Source: a bacterium (GTDB lineage Bacteria > Fidelibacterota > Fidelibacteria > Fidelibacterales > Fidelibacteraceae). From it: 64,000 nt of DNA. The position numbers were made by a program, and so were the translations under genes. Location of the stretch: positions 1,632,001-1,696,000 of the forward strand of contig OY781066.1 of the NCBI GenBank assembly GCA_963676395.1, in the 5' to 3' direction. Positions 40,637 through 50,731 of the stretch are shown one piece after another. Positions within the stretch are counted from its first letter, which is position 1. The number at the start of each line of letters is the position of its first letter. A model generated the notes under the pieces. That model saw nothing but the letters and a program-made list of their open reading frames with translations. It had not been told where the DNA came from and made no database searches.

Positions 40637-40881
40637 GATTTGATTCTTCCATTGTGTGATCTTTAAAAGAAAAGTAAGGAAATATGCTGATGAATGCAAT
40701 ATATATGGATGGATTGACGGGGAAATGAACACTGATGTTCACTCGCAGATTTTAGATCGATCAAATATTGACCCAGAAGTGTATGTCTAGGGAGTTGGAA
40801 TTTTGAGGAATAATTTGATCGCTTCCAATCAATTTTAGAGGTCTAGAAACCTGCCATTTTTTCTTGATTTAAGATTTTTTA

Positions 40882-41376
40882 CTAAGCGTTATCTATATTT
40901 TCAGGCAGTTCTAAGGCTGACACTCTTTTAAAGGATTTTGTAAGCAAATTATAGTATAATACGCCATAAATAATAGTAAAAATAACATCTAATCCTATAT
41001 ATGCGGGATTTGAGGCATCGAAGTCGGTCAACATCGATTCGCTTGCTGAAAGGACGATTATAACAAGAATCGCGAGTATACCCAAAAAGATCAAACCAAG
41101 TCTAAAACTGTAGACCCATGAGAGCGCAAAGTAGCGTTTAAAGAAATCTTTTTTATCACCTGAGGAATTTGCTTTAAAAATGGATTGCGACCCCCAAATG
41201 GTAATGATCAAATTGGCCCAAAACGGAAGGGAGATTATAAAATTCTCAGTATTGCTGGTATAAGTGGCGATGGTTAATACTATCATGTTTGCGAGAAAGT
41301 ATTTAAATCCTGCTTCATCGGTTAATTTTCCCTCAATAATACTTTTTTCCAATTCCTTAATGTTAAGCCAGAACAT
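40882..41376 (-). CDS. Hypothetical 4-TM membrane protein
   Basis: 164-aa ORF with hydrophobic helices. Confidence 0.75.
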   Translation of the reverse strand: MFWLNIKELEKSIIEGKLTDEAGFKYFLANMIVLTIATYTSNTENFIISLPFWANLIITIWGSQSIFKANSSGDKKDFFKRYFALSWVYSFRLGLIFLGILAILVIIVLSASESMLTDFDASNPAYIGLDVIFTIIYGVLYYNLLTKSFKRVSALELPENIDNA

Positions 41377-41721
41377 AGAAACCCTTTGCTGTTTGTTATT
41401 ATTGTTAGTTGTCTCTTAAATACATAATAATATAGTGAAATTAGTACTGGTATAATACCCAAAATTAGTACAGGGGAGTAGTATTTTTAGGTAGAAGAAA
41501 AATAGGGAAGATGATATTGAAAAACAAGAAACGAGGGTGCGATGGGAGGAGGATATGCCTTCGTTAAAACTACCAACCTTGAGCTTCATCAAGGCATCGC
41601 GGCGGACAAGGAAGAGGAGATCGGGAGAGAAAAACGATGAACGATAAATACGAAGAAGCTCCGTAGGAGCGACATATCTGTAGAAGAAATTTCTTCATTG
41701 ATCATTGAATTGATTTTTTTT

Positions 41722-42180
41722 CTAGACCTCGATCTCGATATCAAGCTGTCGGCCTTCTTTAGCGGCTTTTTTATCCATTTCACCGCCGATGGCAAGACCG
41801 ATGGCCATGCCAATGGGTAAACCGACACCGAGAAAGGCCATGTTCCCCATAGCTGTTCCAAACAGCGCTCCAAAGGGAATACCAAAGGTCATACCCAGCA
41901 CCATCCACTTGTTGCGGTAGCTATTCTTGGTGACCAGCTTCAGTTCTTTTTCAAGCAGTTCCAGAAGCTTATTTTGTTTCCTGATAAGTTGTTTTTTCAA
42001 CTCCTTGTCAGCGTTCTTGATAGCATTCAGTGTCTCGATATCGGCATTGATATAGTGAACGATATGATCGGGGAGCTGTTTTTTCCTTAATTCTTCCACA
42101 AGCTTTCCAAATAAAGTGTAAGCTTTGCTGAGATGCTTATTCTCGATCTCTTTCCGCTGCTTTAATTCAATGATCATCAT
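41722..42180 (-). CDS. Hypothetical membrane protein with Gly-zipper C-terminal hairpin
   Basis: YRNKWMVLGMTFG.P.G and GLPIGMAIG...MDKKAAKEGRQLD pattern. Confidence 0.8.
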   Translation of the reverse strand: MMIIELKQRKEIENKHLSKAYTLFGKLVEELRKKQLPDHIVHYINADIETLNAIKNADKELKKQLIRKQNKLLELLEKELKLVTKNSYRNKWMVLGMTFGIPFGALFGTAMGNMAFLGVGLPIGMAIGLAIGGEMDKKAAKEGRQLDIEIEV

Positions 42181-42378
42181 GTATTCCTTCCGATAGGGTG
42201 ATCTCTTTACTTATTTACGATATTTTCGCTTTGCTTTTCTTGATCGAAATTTAGGGAAAATAATTTGAATGGCAATGTGTTATTTGGGGCCCGGAAAAAA
42301 CGATCAACTATTAATCGAAGAATCAACGAAGCTTTCTTGACCCACGAAGCTTTAGCGTAGTTGCAAGCGAAGGAGAAC

Positions 42379-42462
42379 GATAAAGGATGAATGATAAAGG
42401 ATGAATGATAAAAGATGAATGATAAAAGATGAATGATAAAAGATGAATGATAAAAGATGAAC
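42379..42462 (+). repeat. Six tandem 14-bp units GATAAA(G/A)GATGAAT
   Basis: Directly visible; units at 42379, 42393, 42407, 42421, 42435 and 42449. Confidence 0.95.
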
Positions 42463-42477
42463 GATTAATACGAAGAA

Positions 42478-42590
42478 GCTCCAGAGGAGCGACATCTTTT
42501 CTTTATTAAGGTAAAAAGATGCCACTCCTACGGAGTTTAAAATTATTTGGATACATAATTCTCTACAAAGATGTCATCCCTACGGGATTT
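42478..42590. repeat. Cluster of REP-like hairpins in both orientations
   Basis: GCTCC-AGA-GGAGC-GACATCT; AGATGCC-ACTCC-TAC-GGAGT; AGATGTC-ATCCC-TAC-GGGAT. Confidence 0.75.
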
Positions 42591-42640
42591 AGCATCCGAT
42601 CAATCGATGAAGCTCCGACGGTTTTGTAAATATTTAACTG

Positions 42641-43243
42641 TCAATTGTTAACCGCTTTTCCTACAACCTGTGTATACACCACCTTCTCATGCTCACTCAA
42701 CCCCATGAGCTTGTGCAGTCCCTCGCGATCGACCAATCCCAGCACTGCGGTGCAAAGCTTCGCGGCCGTACAATAGAGGTAGACATTCTGGCTCATAAAA
42801 GCCGCATCGGCCGCGCTGGTGTACCACTTGCGCTGTTCGTCCGAATAGACCGGGTTAGTCATCTTGCGGTAATCGCTGACGTAGATCAGTCCCACAGGCG
42901 CCGACTGCATCATCTTCTGCGTGCCGATATGCGGACGCAGGTCCTGATCCAGCACCCCGACCAATTGATGCGCCGTTTCATCGTAGCGGTACAGACCCTC
43001 GGGCAACGCGACATAAACGCTGATCTCCTGGGAATTACAGGAGGACGGCGCCGCGCGCTTGCTCTTGGCACGTTTGGTCGCCTCGCAGGTGATCCCGCAG
43101 GCCGCCCACATAAGATTGCTCAGATCCTGCTCACCGACCGCCTCAGCGGCAAAACGGCGCTTGGTTCGGCGTTCTTTGATCGCCTTCATTAAGGGGAAGG
43201 AGAGGTTTGTTTGGGGCGGGGGAAGGGGGATGATGTTTTTCAT
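42641..43243 (-). CDS. Nitroreductase family protein (SagB/ThcOx-like)
   Basis: I.LP.P...LMKAI..RRT.R, LSNLMWAA.G, KRAAPS and SQNVYL motifs. Confidence 0.9.
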   Translation of the reverse strand: MKNIIPLPPPQTNLSFPLMKAIKERRTKRRFAAEAVGEQDLSNLMWAACGITCEATKRAKSKRAAPSSCNSQEISVYVALPEGLYRYDETAHQLVGVLDQDLRPHIGTQKMMQSAPVGLIYVSDYRKMTNPVYSDEQRKWYTSAADAAFMSQNVYLYCTAAKLCTAVLGLVDREGLHKLMGLSEHEKVVYTQVVGKAVNN

Positions 43244-43517
43244 AGTTGAATTGATTCCTTGTCTAGTTTCACAATCTTAATTATTAATTCTTAAATTGTC
43301 AATCGTCCTTTTTCAATTGTCAATTGATTATAAGGGGTTTAAAATGATGAGGCAAAGGAAGATTTAAATTGTATGGAGAAGATGTTCGGGGGAGGTCTGT
43401 TACCAAAGAACTTTTATAGCTCAACTCGGGATAAATATTCTACAGTGCAACCTACATGAAGTAATTAGATTAAGACAAATGAGAGATGCATTATTGGTTG
43501 CTATTTCAATATATTTT

Positions 43518-45899
43518 TCAATTCAAAGATGATTCAACTCCAATACTGGATAAAAGAGCTTCATATTGATCAATATCTTTTTCTTTAATCTTTTTTAAAA
43601 TAAAAGAAGCAGTTTTTTTCATTTCAGGTATATCTATTGGTTTCATACTTCTTTCAAATAAGCCCTCCAAATGAGAAAATTCATTATTAATACGTTCAGT
43701 CATGCTAGAAGCTTGATGATTATCACCGAAAAATCTTGATAATTTATCATCTTGTTTCTTTGCGTTTGGATATTTATAGAAAAGAAAAGCTTCTAAGAAT
43801 TTACGTGCATTATTCCCAAAATTGTAATACAGGCTATGTTGTTCTACATCTTCGGCATTTGCATTAGCACACAAATAAATTTGATGAAACAAATAATTAA
43901 ATTCTGTAACATAGTTTTTTAAATACTTTGGCATAGGTTCAAGGTTACTAATTTCATTTTCTCTTGAGATTATGAAATAACCTCTTTGTGTACAATCTGA
44001 TGCTCCTGGAAGTCTTTTTAAATATTTTAAAAAATCAAGATTATGTGTAGATATAAATAGTTGTTCATAATTTTCTTTTGAAACGATTTCTGAATTAATA
44101 AGGCTATAAATAAAAAATATATGATTACTATCTAAACTAGAAATTGGATCATCTATCCAAATTATTGGTTTGATCCCCATAGTATCAATATCTTCAAGTT
44201 TAGCCATAAAATAACAAAATGCTATCAGATTACATTCACCTTCGCTCAAGTGATAAGCTTTTTTTCCATCTCTTATAACTTCAAATTTAATTTTTTTATC
44301 ACCAATTTGATTCTCTTCTTCTAAAGCTTGAAGTGAAAGATAGTTATGACCAAAGAAATTATTTAGATAATCATTGACCTTTAAAGCCCCATTTTCTTCA
44401 TCTTTTAGTAATCTTTCTTTATCATTTATAAGAACAATTAGGTTTTTAATTTTTTCTTCAACTTCCTCTTTTTTCTTATTTTCAGCTTCTAAATTACTTC
44501 TCAACCTATCAATTTTACTAATTTCATTCTCATACTGAATGGTTTTAAGAAAATCAAATACTTCTTTTAATCTAAGTAATATTTTAGATTTATCTTGTTC
44601 AGTTTTGAGTTTATTACTATAAGAGTTTGCTGCTAATCTCATTTTTTCAAAAATATCCCAACACCATTTAAGACGAATACTATAATCAAATATTTCACTA
44701 AAAACTCCTTCATTAAGTACATCATCTTTTCTCTTATTTAGCTGTATTATTAAGTCATCTAACTCTTTAATTATTTTATCAACAATTTGAGATTTTAATT
44801 TTATTAATCGATTAATGTCCGAATGATAGCTTGAGTAAAAGTTATCTTTATCAATAGGGAGTGTAGTTTTAAGATTAGCTATTGTATTATTAATTTCATT
44901 AATTAATTTTTCAATTTCATTTTCTAATTTTTCCGATTCTTCATCAAAATGACTATCTAATTCATTCCACCTTGTTTGTGAGATAATATTTCCACAGAAT
45001 GAACATTTATTTGAAATATTTTTGTGTAGTTGCCTACCTTCTTTAACCCAACGATTCATTATTGAATCTTTTACTAATTGTTCAATCTTATTTGAATTAC
45101 TTATTGGTTTTGTAATTAGTATTTTTGCTTTTTCGGACAATAAGTTTATGCTAAAATCTGGACGAGAAACAGCTCTAATATCTTCTTTTTTTCTTTCTTT
45201 CAATAATTCTTCAATTGAAATAACTTCTTCATCTTTTATAACAGAATATGAAGGATCGAGCACTTTTTTAATATCTAATTGAAGTTTGTTGATATTATAA
45301 TTTTGATCTCCGAACTTATGTGATTTATATTTTATTCCGTCAGGATTATTGATGGCTTTGTTCTTTAATTTTCGGTTTAGCTGTTCATATTCAGTTTCAT
45401 AAATATTTTTTGCATTTATAAAATTATTAAGTGAATTTTTTAAATCAAGATATAATCCTGATTCCTCATCAATCTTATTTTCACCTAATTCCTGTTTAAG
45501 TTTTTTAATTCCAACTTCTATATCAACGTTATCTCCAAGAATTGCAAAGGGAGAAATACTATCTTCGGAATTGCTCAAAAAACGAAGTTTTTCTTTTATA
45601 AAATCTTCATTAAAAACTCTAATATTTTTTCCATGATTTGTTAAATCATGATGTGTAACATTTACATTATCATTAAAACATAATTCAAATTCTGGATTGA
45701 CATATTTATCTGATATCTTACCTGTTTCTAGTGCACGTACAATTCTGGTAAGTGTGGTTTTGCCAGAGTAATTTCTTCCGTAAATAATATTTATGTTTTT
45801 AAAATTCTCAATTCTACCTGCTGAATCAACAACTGAGTTGTTCCAAACAAAATTTTGAAACACGGCAAGATTATTAATTGATTTTAATTTTGTTATCAC
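43518..45899 (-). CDS. rloC: RloC-like ABC/SMC-type ATPase with zinc hook and C-terminal HEPN anticodon-nuclease domain
   Basis: Walker A GRNYSGKT, Q-loop VFNEDF, CSFC hook, LSEGE signature, IDDPISSLD, STHN and C-terminal RKFLE...RINNEFSH. Confidence 0.8.
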   Translation of the reverse strand: MITKLKSINNLAVFQNFVWNNSVVDSAGRIENFKNINIIYGRNYSGKTTLTRIVRALETGKISDKYVNPEFELCFNDNVNVTHHDLTNHGKNIRVFNEDFIKEKLRFLSNSEDSISPFAILGDNVDIEVGIKKLKQELGENKIDEESGLYLDLKNSLNNFINAKNIYETEYEQLNRKLKNKAINNPDGIKYKSHKFGDQNYNINKLQLDIKKVLDPSYSVIKDEEVISIEELLKERKKEDIRAVSRPDFSINLLSEKAKILITKPISNSNKIEQLVKDSIMNRWVKEGRQLHKNISNKCSFCGNIISQTRWNELDSHFDEESEKLENEIEKLINEINNTIANLKTTLPIDKDNFYSSYHSDINRLIKLKSQIVDKIIKELDDLIIQLNKRKDDVLNEGVFSEIFDYSIRLKWCWDIFEKMRLAANSYSNKLKTEQDKSKILLRLKEVFDFLKTIQYENEISKIDRLRSNLEAENKKKEEVEEKIKNLIVLINDKERLLKDEENGALKVNDYLNNFFGHNYLSLQALEEENQIGDKKIKFEVIRDGKKAYHLSEGECNLIAFCYFMAKLEDIDTMGIKPIIWIDDPISSLDSNHIFFIYSLINSEIVSKENYEQLFISTHNLDFLKYLKRLPGASDCTQRGYFIISRENEISNLEPMPKYLKNYVTEFNYLFHQIYLCANANAEDVEQHSLYYNFGNNARKFLEAFLFYKYPNAKKQDDKLSRFFGDNHQASSMTERINNEFSHLEGLFERSMKPIDIPEMKKTASFILKKIKEKDIDQYEALLSSIGVESSLN

Positions 45900-45927
45900 A
45901 AAAACCTCTTAAAATATTTGGACTAAT

Positions 45928-46950
45928 TTATTTAACATAAATATCTGCTCTTCTATTTATGCCAATAGATTCTTCCTCACCTTTTATTGTGTTAATTGGA
46001 TTATTTTCACCATATCCAAAGATATTTATTCGTTGCTTATTGATGTTGTTTTTGGTTAAGTAATTTGACACAGACTTGGCACGTTTAATTGAGAGAGAAT
46101 CATTATATATACTGTTTCCCAAATAGTCCGTATGTCCAATAATCCATATTTTTTCCTTAGGAAATTTGTTTAAGTATAAAACAAGGTTATTCAATTTGTT
46201 TTTTGAAAATTCAGTTAAATTGTAATCATTATATCTGAAATATATACTTGTAATTGGATTATTACTTTCGTTAATGTAGTTACAATTAGATTCAATAAAT
46301 AATTTATCATTAACTAAATCAATTTTTTGCGGTTTATTATCGACTAATTTTATATAATCAACTATAACTGGCAAAATATTACCCAAAGCAATAATAATTG
46401 TCATAATAATCGTAAATTTTTGATTTCTAATAATTTTTAGTTGTTGTTTTTCTTCCTCTAATTCTTTTTTTAGTTGTTCAGTAGTTTTATAGCCGTTTTT
46501 AACATAGCTATGAAGCATTTCAGTTGGTTTGAATTTTTTTCTATTGAGTAAATGAAGTGATATTTTAAGATCTCTATCTTTAATTGGATGTTCAATATAA
46601 TCTAAATCGACTATCCTATTACCTATGTGATCAAAATTAATATCATCATACAATATTAAATAGCTATTATTTGACAAATAGTCTATCAAGCTTACAATCA
46701 GTATAAGTTTTTCTGTTATATCTTTTAGTAAAGACGCTATTCCTATTGGGCCATAATTACTTGAAAGCTTTTCAAAATACTTATTTTCAATTTTTAATAG
46801 GCAATCTTTTTTCGGTGTAAATTGAATATATACATGTGGTAGGAATACATCTTCAAGAATATTTTCAAGAACATTTAGTGAACCTTTTTTATTATCTATT
46901 TCAATAATATTTTCAATTATTTCTTTTTCGAAGCTTGAAAATTCTCTCAT
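45928..46950 (-). CDS. Unknown N-terminal domain + single TM + OmpA-like peptidoglycan-binding domain
   Basis: TM FTIIMTIIIALGNILPVIV; IGHTD..G...YN..LS..RA and NRRADI motifs. Confidence 0.85.
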   Translation of the reverse strand: MREFSSFEKEIIENIIEIDNKKGSLNVLENILEDVFLPHVYIQFTPKKDCLLKIENKYFEKLSSNYGPIGIASLLKDITEKLILIVSLIDYLSNNSYLILYDDINFDHIGNRIVDLDYIEHPIKDRDLKISLHLLNRKKFKPTEMLHSYVKNGYKTTEQLKKELEEEKQQLKIIRNQKFTIIMTIIIALGNILPVIVDYIKLVDNKPQKIDLVNDKLFIESNCNYINESNNPITSIYFRYNDYNLTEFSKNKLNNLVLYLNKFPKEKIWIIGHTDYLGNSIYNDSLSIKRAKSVSNYLTKNNINKQRINIFGYGENNPINTIKGEEESIGINRRADIYVK

Positions 46951-46972
46951 TTTTAAAACCTTACTTAATTAA

Positions 46973-47521
46973 TTATTTTTTAAAAAAACTTCTCAAATTA
47001 AATCCAATTCCACAAAAGCTCGGTTCCAAAATAACACCATTGAGTAATTTTGCACCAAAGCCTTTTCTCATTTCCTTATTAATATTAAAATTTTGTAAAA
47101 TTTTCTTATCTTTTATATCAGAAAATATATTTGAAATCAGGGAAATTACATCTTGTTCTGAATTGCAATGTTTTTTAATTGGGATTAATATAATTTTCGA
47201 TTCTATGCTATCGATTTGATTTATATATTTATCTTTGAATGTATGTGGATTATCTCTTGTTATCAATATTGCAGGGAGGATATCTTTTCCTTTTTCTCCA
47301 TTAATATGATGCCAAGACATAATCTCATTATCAACATGACTTCCTACTGTACCTGTAATAAAAACAGAATTAGTTTTAGAGGCTTCATTTGAAATTTTAT
47401 TGAAGTTTTCCCAAATAATATTTGATAATGGTCCTTTCCAGCCATAATCAAGTAAATACAAATAATAGTCTCGGGTTACATTTTGTGGAATTTCATTTAA
47501 ACTGTGAATCATCAATCCCAT
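46973..47521 (-). CDS. Hypothetical protein, first gene of the AT-rich three-gene block
   Basis: 182-aa ORF with RBS GGAG; 22 nt from the next gene. Confidence 0.8.
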   Translation of the reverse strand: MGLMIHSLNEIPQNVTRDYYLYLLDYGWKGPLSNIIWENFNKISNEASKTNSVFITGTVGSHVDNEIMSWHHINGEKGKDILPAILITRDNPHTFKDKYINQIDSIESKIILIPIKKHCNSEQDVISLISNIFSDIKDKKILQNFNINKEMRKGFGAKLLNGVILEPSFCGIGFNLRSFFKK

Positions 47522-47892
47522 ATTTTCTCCAATTAATAGTTTTATCGATTAACAATAACCATTTGCTATATTCTAAAATTATTTCATTTATGTAATAAAT
47601 CATCAATTACAATTTTCTCTATTTGTTTTTAGTTTCTTTCATGTAAACTATTGTAAATATGTGAAATTAACAAATAGTTTTTCTCATAATAGCCTGAAGG
47701 AAAGGGGAATCTGAGAAATCATCACATGTAGCCTCCCTATAGCTTTGGTAAAGGTGTGGTTAATACTGAACTATTCCAGTAGTACACGGCTTTTCGAAAA
47801 TTTAATACTCATACGGCTCAAGAAGAACGAGAGTATGAGGGTACGAGTGCAGGAGAGTGAGAGAGTACGATGAATAAAGATTTAGAATTTAT

Positions 47893-48020
47893 TTCTTCAA
47901 CCCCTCCGGGGTTGTGATTTGAGTGGTACCCCGGCTATACTGTTCTTGAACCCTTTCAGGGTTCTTAATGATCTTATGATATAATAACTTTCGATATATA
48001 ATCCCGACGGGGTTGAATAA
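47893..48020. repeat. Diverged REP module with the same two-hairpin architecture as the tnpA ends
   Basis: Minus strand: GAACCCT-GAA-AGGGTTC AAGAA N28 CAACCCC-GGA-GGGGTTG AAGAA. Confidence 0.75.
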
Positions 48021-48112
48021 GTTGAATACGTTAACTTGCACAGAGGTTCTGAACCCGTCAGCGAATAGCTGCCGTTTCAAGATGACTATGTTGTGTGATA
48101 TTCCCGGAAAAA

Positions 48113-48961
48113 CTACATATGCAAATTCAAAAACTCTTTCACCGCAGGAAACTGGTTAATGATCACATGTCCGGTATCTTCTAAAAGCCTGATATCCGCA
48201 TGGGAGACGAGATTTCTCAATCGTTCAGCGCTGGCTTGCGAATTCAAGATGACATCATGATCTCCGCCGAAATACTGCAGAGGTGCTGACAGTTTCATCA
48301 GCATGTCATCGCTGAAGATCGGTATCGCCTCCATGAGCGGATTGAAATGTTTGGACATGACAGCCTGGAAGTCCAGCACTTCAACCGGAACTTCCGTATT
48401 GTGATAAAGAGCTTTGTTTAGACGCTTTTGTCCGGCTTTGCCCAGCATCATGTAGACGATCGCTTTAAAGATAAAGCTTATTTTGGCAGGCACGATCCCC
48501 GAGCTGGTGAGCAAGGATAGTGCGGTGATCCGTTGCGGGTTTTTTAGCGCAAAGTTTAGACTATACCAACTGCCCAGGCTCATGCCCAGAAATGAGGCTT
48601 TTGCGATATCCAGTTCATCCAGCAGTGACGCAAGCCACTCGCCGGGTGCATCGGAATTCAGAGGCAGTCGTTTTGCTTCACTTAAGCCCGGTTCACCCGG
48701 GATATCAACACAGTAGACACAGAAACGATCGATAAAATCACCCACATTGCCAAACCAGCTGGCGGAGTTGGATGTGGATCCATGAAGCATAATAAGTGCC
48801 GGTTTGGATGTATCGCCAAATCTCAATACGTGGGTTTTTGCGTGCTTTGTTTCAATAAATAACTGTTCAAATGAGGGACCGTTATATTCAGCCAGTGTTT
48901 TCTTGTACAGCGATTCGATGATCTTTTTGCCTTCTTCGCTTTTATAAATGCTTGTGTTCAT
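48113..48961 (-). CDS. Alpha/beta-fold hydrolase
   Basis: LHG, VDIPGEPGLS, GMSLG nucleophile elbow and TGH motifs. Confidence 0.92.
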   Translation of the reverse strand: MNTSIYKSEEGKKIIESLYKKTLAEYNGPSFEQLFIETKHAKTHVLRFGDTSKPALIMLHGSTSNSASWFGNVGDFIDRFCVYCVDIPGEPGLSEAKRLPLNSDAPGEWLASLLDELDIAKASFLGMSLGSWYSLNFALKNPQRITALSLLTSSGIVPAKISFIFKAIVYMMLGKAGQKRLNKALYHNTEVPVEVLDFQAVMSKHFNPLMEAIPIFSDDMLMKLSAPLQYFGGDHDVILNSQASAERLRNLVSHADIRLLEDTGHVIINQFPAVKEFLNLHM

Positions 48962-48962
48962 G

Positions 48963-49418
48963 TCATTGTCCTTTTGTCCGGTTCAGTTCGTCGAAAATAG
49001 TCAGTATCTTGCTGATAAAACCCGGATCGCCATAGAAAGTATATTTAGCTTTTTGGATTTCGGGGTAATAAATGAAATCATAACGCGTCCCACCGCTCTG
49101 TCCTTTGTCGCTGTTCAGCATGGCCATGAGTGAATTTGACAGCCGCGATGCTTTTTCGGAATCCTGATCTTTGATCTCAACGACAACGGAAGCATTGATC
49201 TGTTCTTTGCTTGACGCGTTGCCGGACGTTATGGACGGCAGCTGGTCGTTGGATAACTCGGCATGACAATAGTTTTTAAGCTCCTCTTCGCTTACCATCC
49301 AGGAGCGGCCGATCTTTTTTGCCTTGATCTTGCCCTCTTTGATAAAGCGGATAATGGTCTTCGGGTGAAGTTTTAAAATGCCCGACAGGTCTGAGACCGA
49401 GTAAAGTTTAAGTTCCAT
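48963..49418 (-). CDS. Excisionase/MerR-like HTH (HTH_17) domain protein
   Basis: LYSVSDLSGILKLHPKTIIRFIKEGKIKAKKIGRSW; abuts the hydrolase gene. Confidence 0.85.
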   Translation of the reverse strand: MELKLYSVSDLSGILKLHPKTIIRFIKEGKIKAKKIGRSWMVSEEELKNYCHAELSNDQLPSITSGNASSKEQINASVVVEIKDQDSEKASRLSNSLMAMLNSDKGQSGGTRYDFIYYPEIQKAKYTFYGDPGFISKILTIFDELNRTKGQ

Positions 49419-49584
49419 ATACATCCTTTTCGTTTTCAATTCGAGCAGAATATAGTGCGGCGAATTTGAAACAACAAGAATAAAAAGTAATAATAAGAAG
49501 TAAAGGGGAATAATAGGGAGTAATTATGCTAAAATAACATGGAAAAGGGGATAAATGGGGGTGTGAGGGTGCGAGGGAACGAGA

Positions 49585-49653
49585 GTAGGGAGCGGTCGTG
49601 ACCGTTCCTGAAAGAGATTGTTTGGAAGCGGAATAGTCGCGACTGTTCCCTAC
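49585..49653. repeat. GTAG-type REP inverted pair (REPIN-like)
   Basis: GTAGGGAGCGGTCGTGACCGTTCC ... GGAATAGTCGCGACTGTTCCCTAC. Confidence 0.7.
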
Positions 49654-49821
49654 GGTTGATCAGGCAATGACAGAATTCTTACACAGATCATGAATTCGTT
49701 AATTGGCGGACCTCCGGACATCGTTTCAGGAGGACTAAACAAAAAGGGATTTTCTTAATTAAATAAAAAAACTCCCCGAAGCATGATCCGGGGAGTACCT
49801 GTTTTATCTGTTAAATTTTTA

Positions 49822-50034
49822 TTAACTTTTAACTTCGACCGCTTTGGGGTCGGGACCGTATTTGTTTTCCTTCGCTTCACCCTCGGTTACATTCAGGACA
49901 AAGATCCATATGCTTCCTATAACCGGAATCAGTTCGAGGAGTAACATCCAACCACTTTTACCAATGTCATGAAGCCGTCTGACAGCAAGGGCTAAAAATG
50001 GAATGATCATAATGATTAGATATTTGTTATCCAT
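49822..50034 (-). pseudogene. DUF805-family membrane protein, N-terminally truncated
   Basis: LAVRRLHDIGKSGW and NKYGPDPK motifs; only 70 aa, lacks the usual N-terminal GRA.R.EYW half. Confidence 0.7.
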
Positions 50035-50047
50035 ATTTACCTCTCAA

Positions 50048-50596
50048 TTATTTACCTTCCCAGCAAGGAGAAACAGTGACATATTCATTTAGTTGAGCCC
50101 ATCTGACAAAGTCATAGGTCTTGAATGAATCAACCCAACACTCTTCCTCACCCTCCGGGACATGGAAATATATGGTGCAGCCAAGACTGCTATCTTCGAG
50201 TGACTGCCGTAATTTATATTGCTCCATATTTTCAAGCCATAGCTGTTGATGAAGCGTATCTTTTATAGTCACCAATGCCGGAAAAACCGTGATAACCTGT
50301 GTATAATGACTAAGATAACCACTGGTGTTGATAACGTAAGGTTTTGCGTTAAGGCTACTTATTACATATTGCAAACTATCAGACCCTAATGCTGATCTAA
50401 AAGTTAATCCATGAATATTTTCCACGTCGTGATCAAATAAATTGATAAAATCAAATACCCGGTTGATGGGATAATCACCTCTGATCCCGACAAGTACATC
50501 CGTCGGGACATATTCGGGTTCGTCGTGATCGATCGGATCAACACATGCGCCTAGCATTAAAAGAGAAATTGCCATGAAGAATTTTAAGAATTTCAT
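50048..50596 (-). CDS. Hypothetical lipoprotein
   Basis: Lipobox LGAC; 182-aa ORF. Confidence 0.75.
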   Translation of the reverse strand: MKFLKFFMAISLLMLGACVDPIDHDEPEYVPTDVLVGIRGDYPINRVFDFINLFDHDVENIHGLTFRSALGSDSLQYVISSLNAKPYVINTSGYLSHYTQVITVFPALVTIKDTLHQQLWLENMEQYKLRQSLEDSSLGCTIYFHVPEGEEECWVDSFKTYDFVRWAQLNEYVTVSPCWEGK

Positions 50597-50731
50597 GTAA
50601 AGCCTTTTATTATTTTAATTTATAAAAAGTATTGTAAATATGTTAGAATGACAAGTGGTATTTCTTGCAATATGCTGAGAATTAGAGAAATCTGCGCAAT
50701 CTGTGGGTAGTGTCGTTTCAATTACTCTAAA

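Noticed and set aside
45928..46950. Zorya system (ZorB)
   Set aside because: No ZorA/MotA-like partner or ZorC/D/E genes, and the architecture differs.
48963..49418. Prophage or ICE excisionase
   Set aside because: It has an extra C-terminal domain, abuts a hydrolase and has no integrase nearby; more likely a local regulator.
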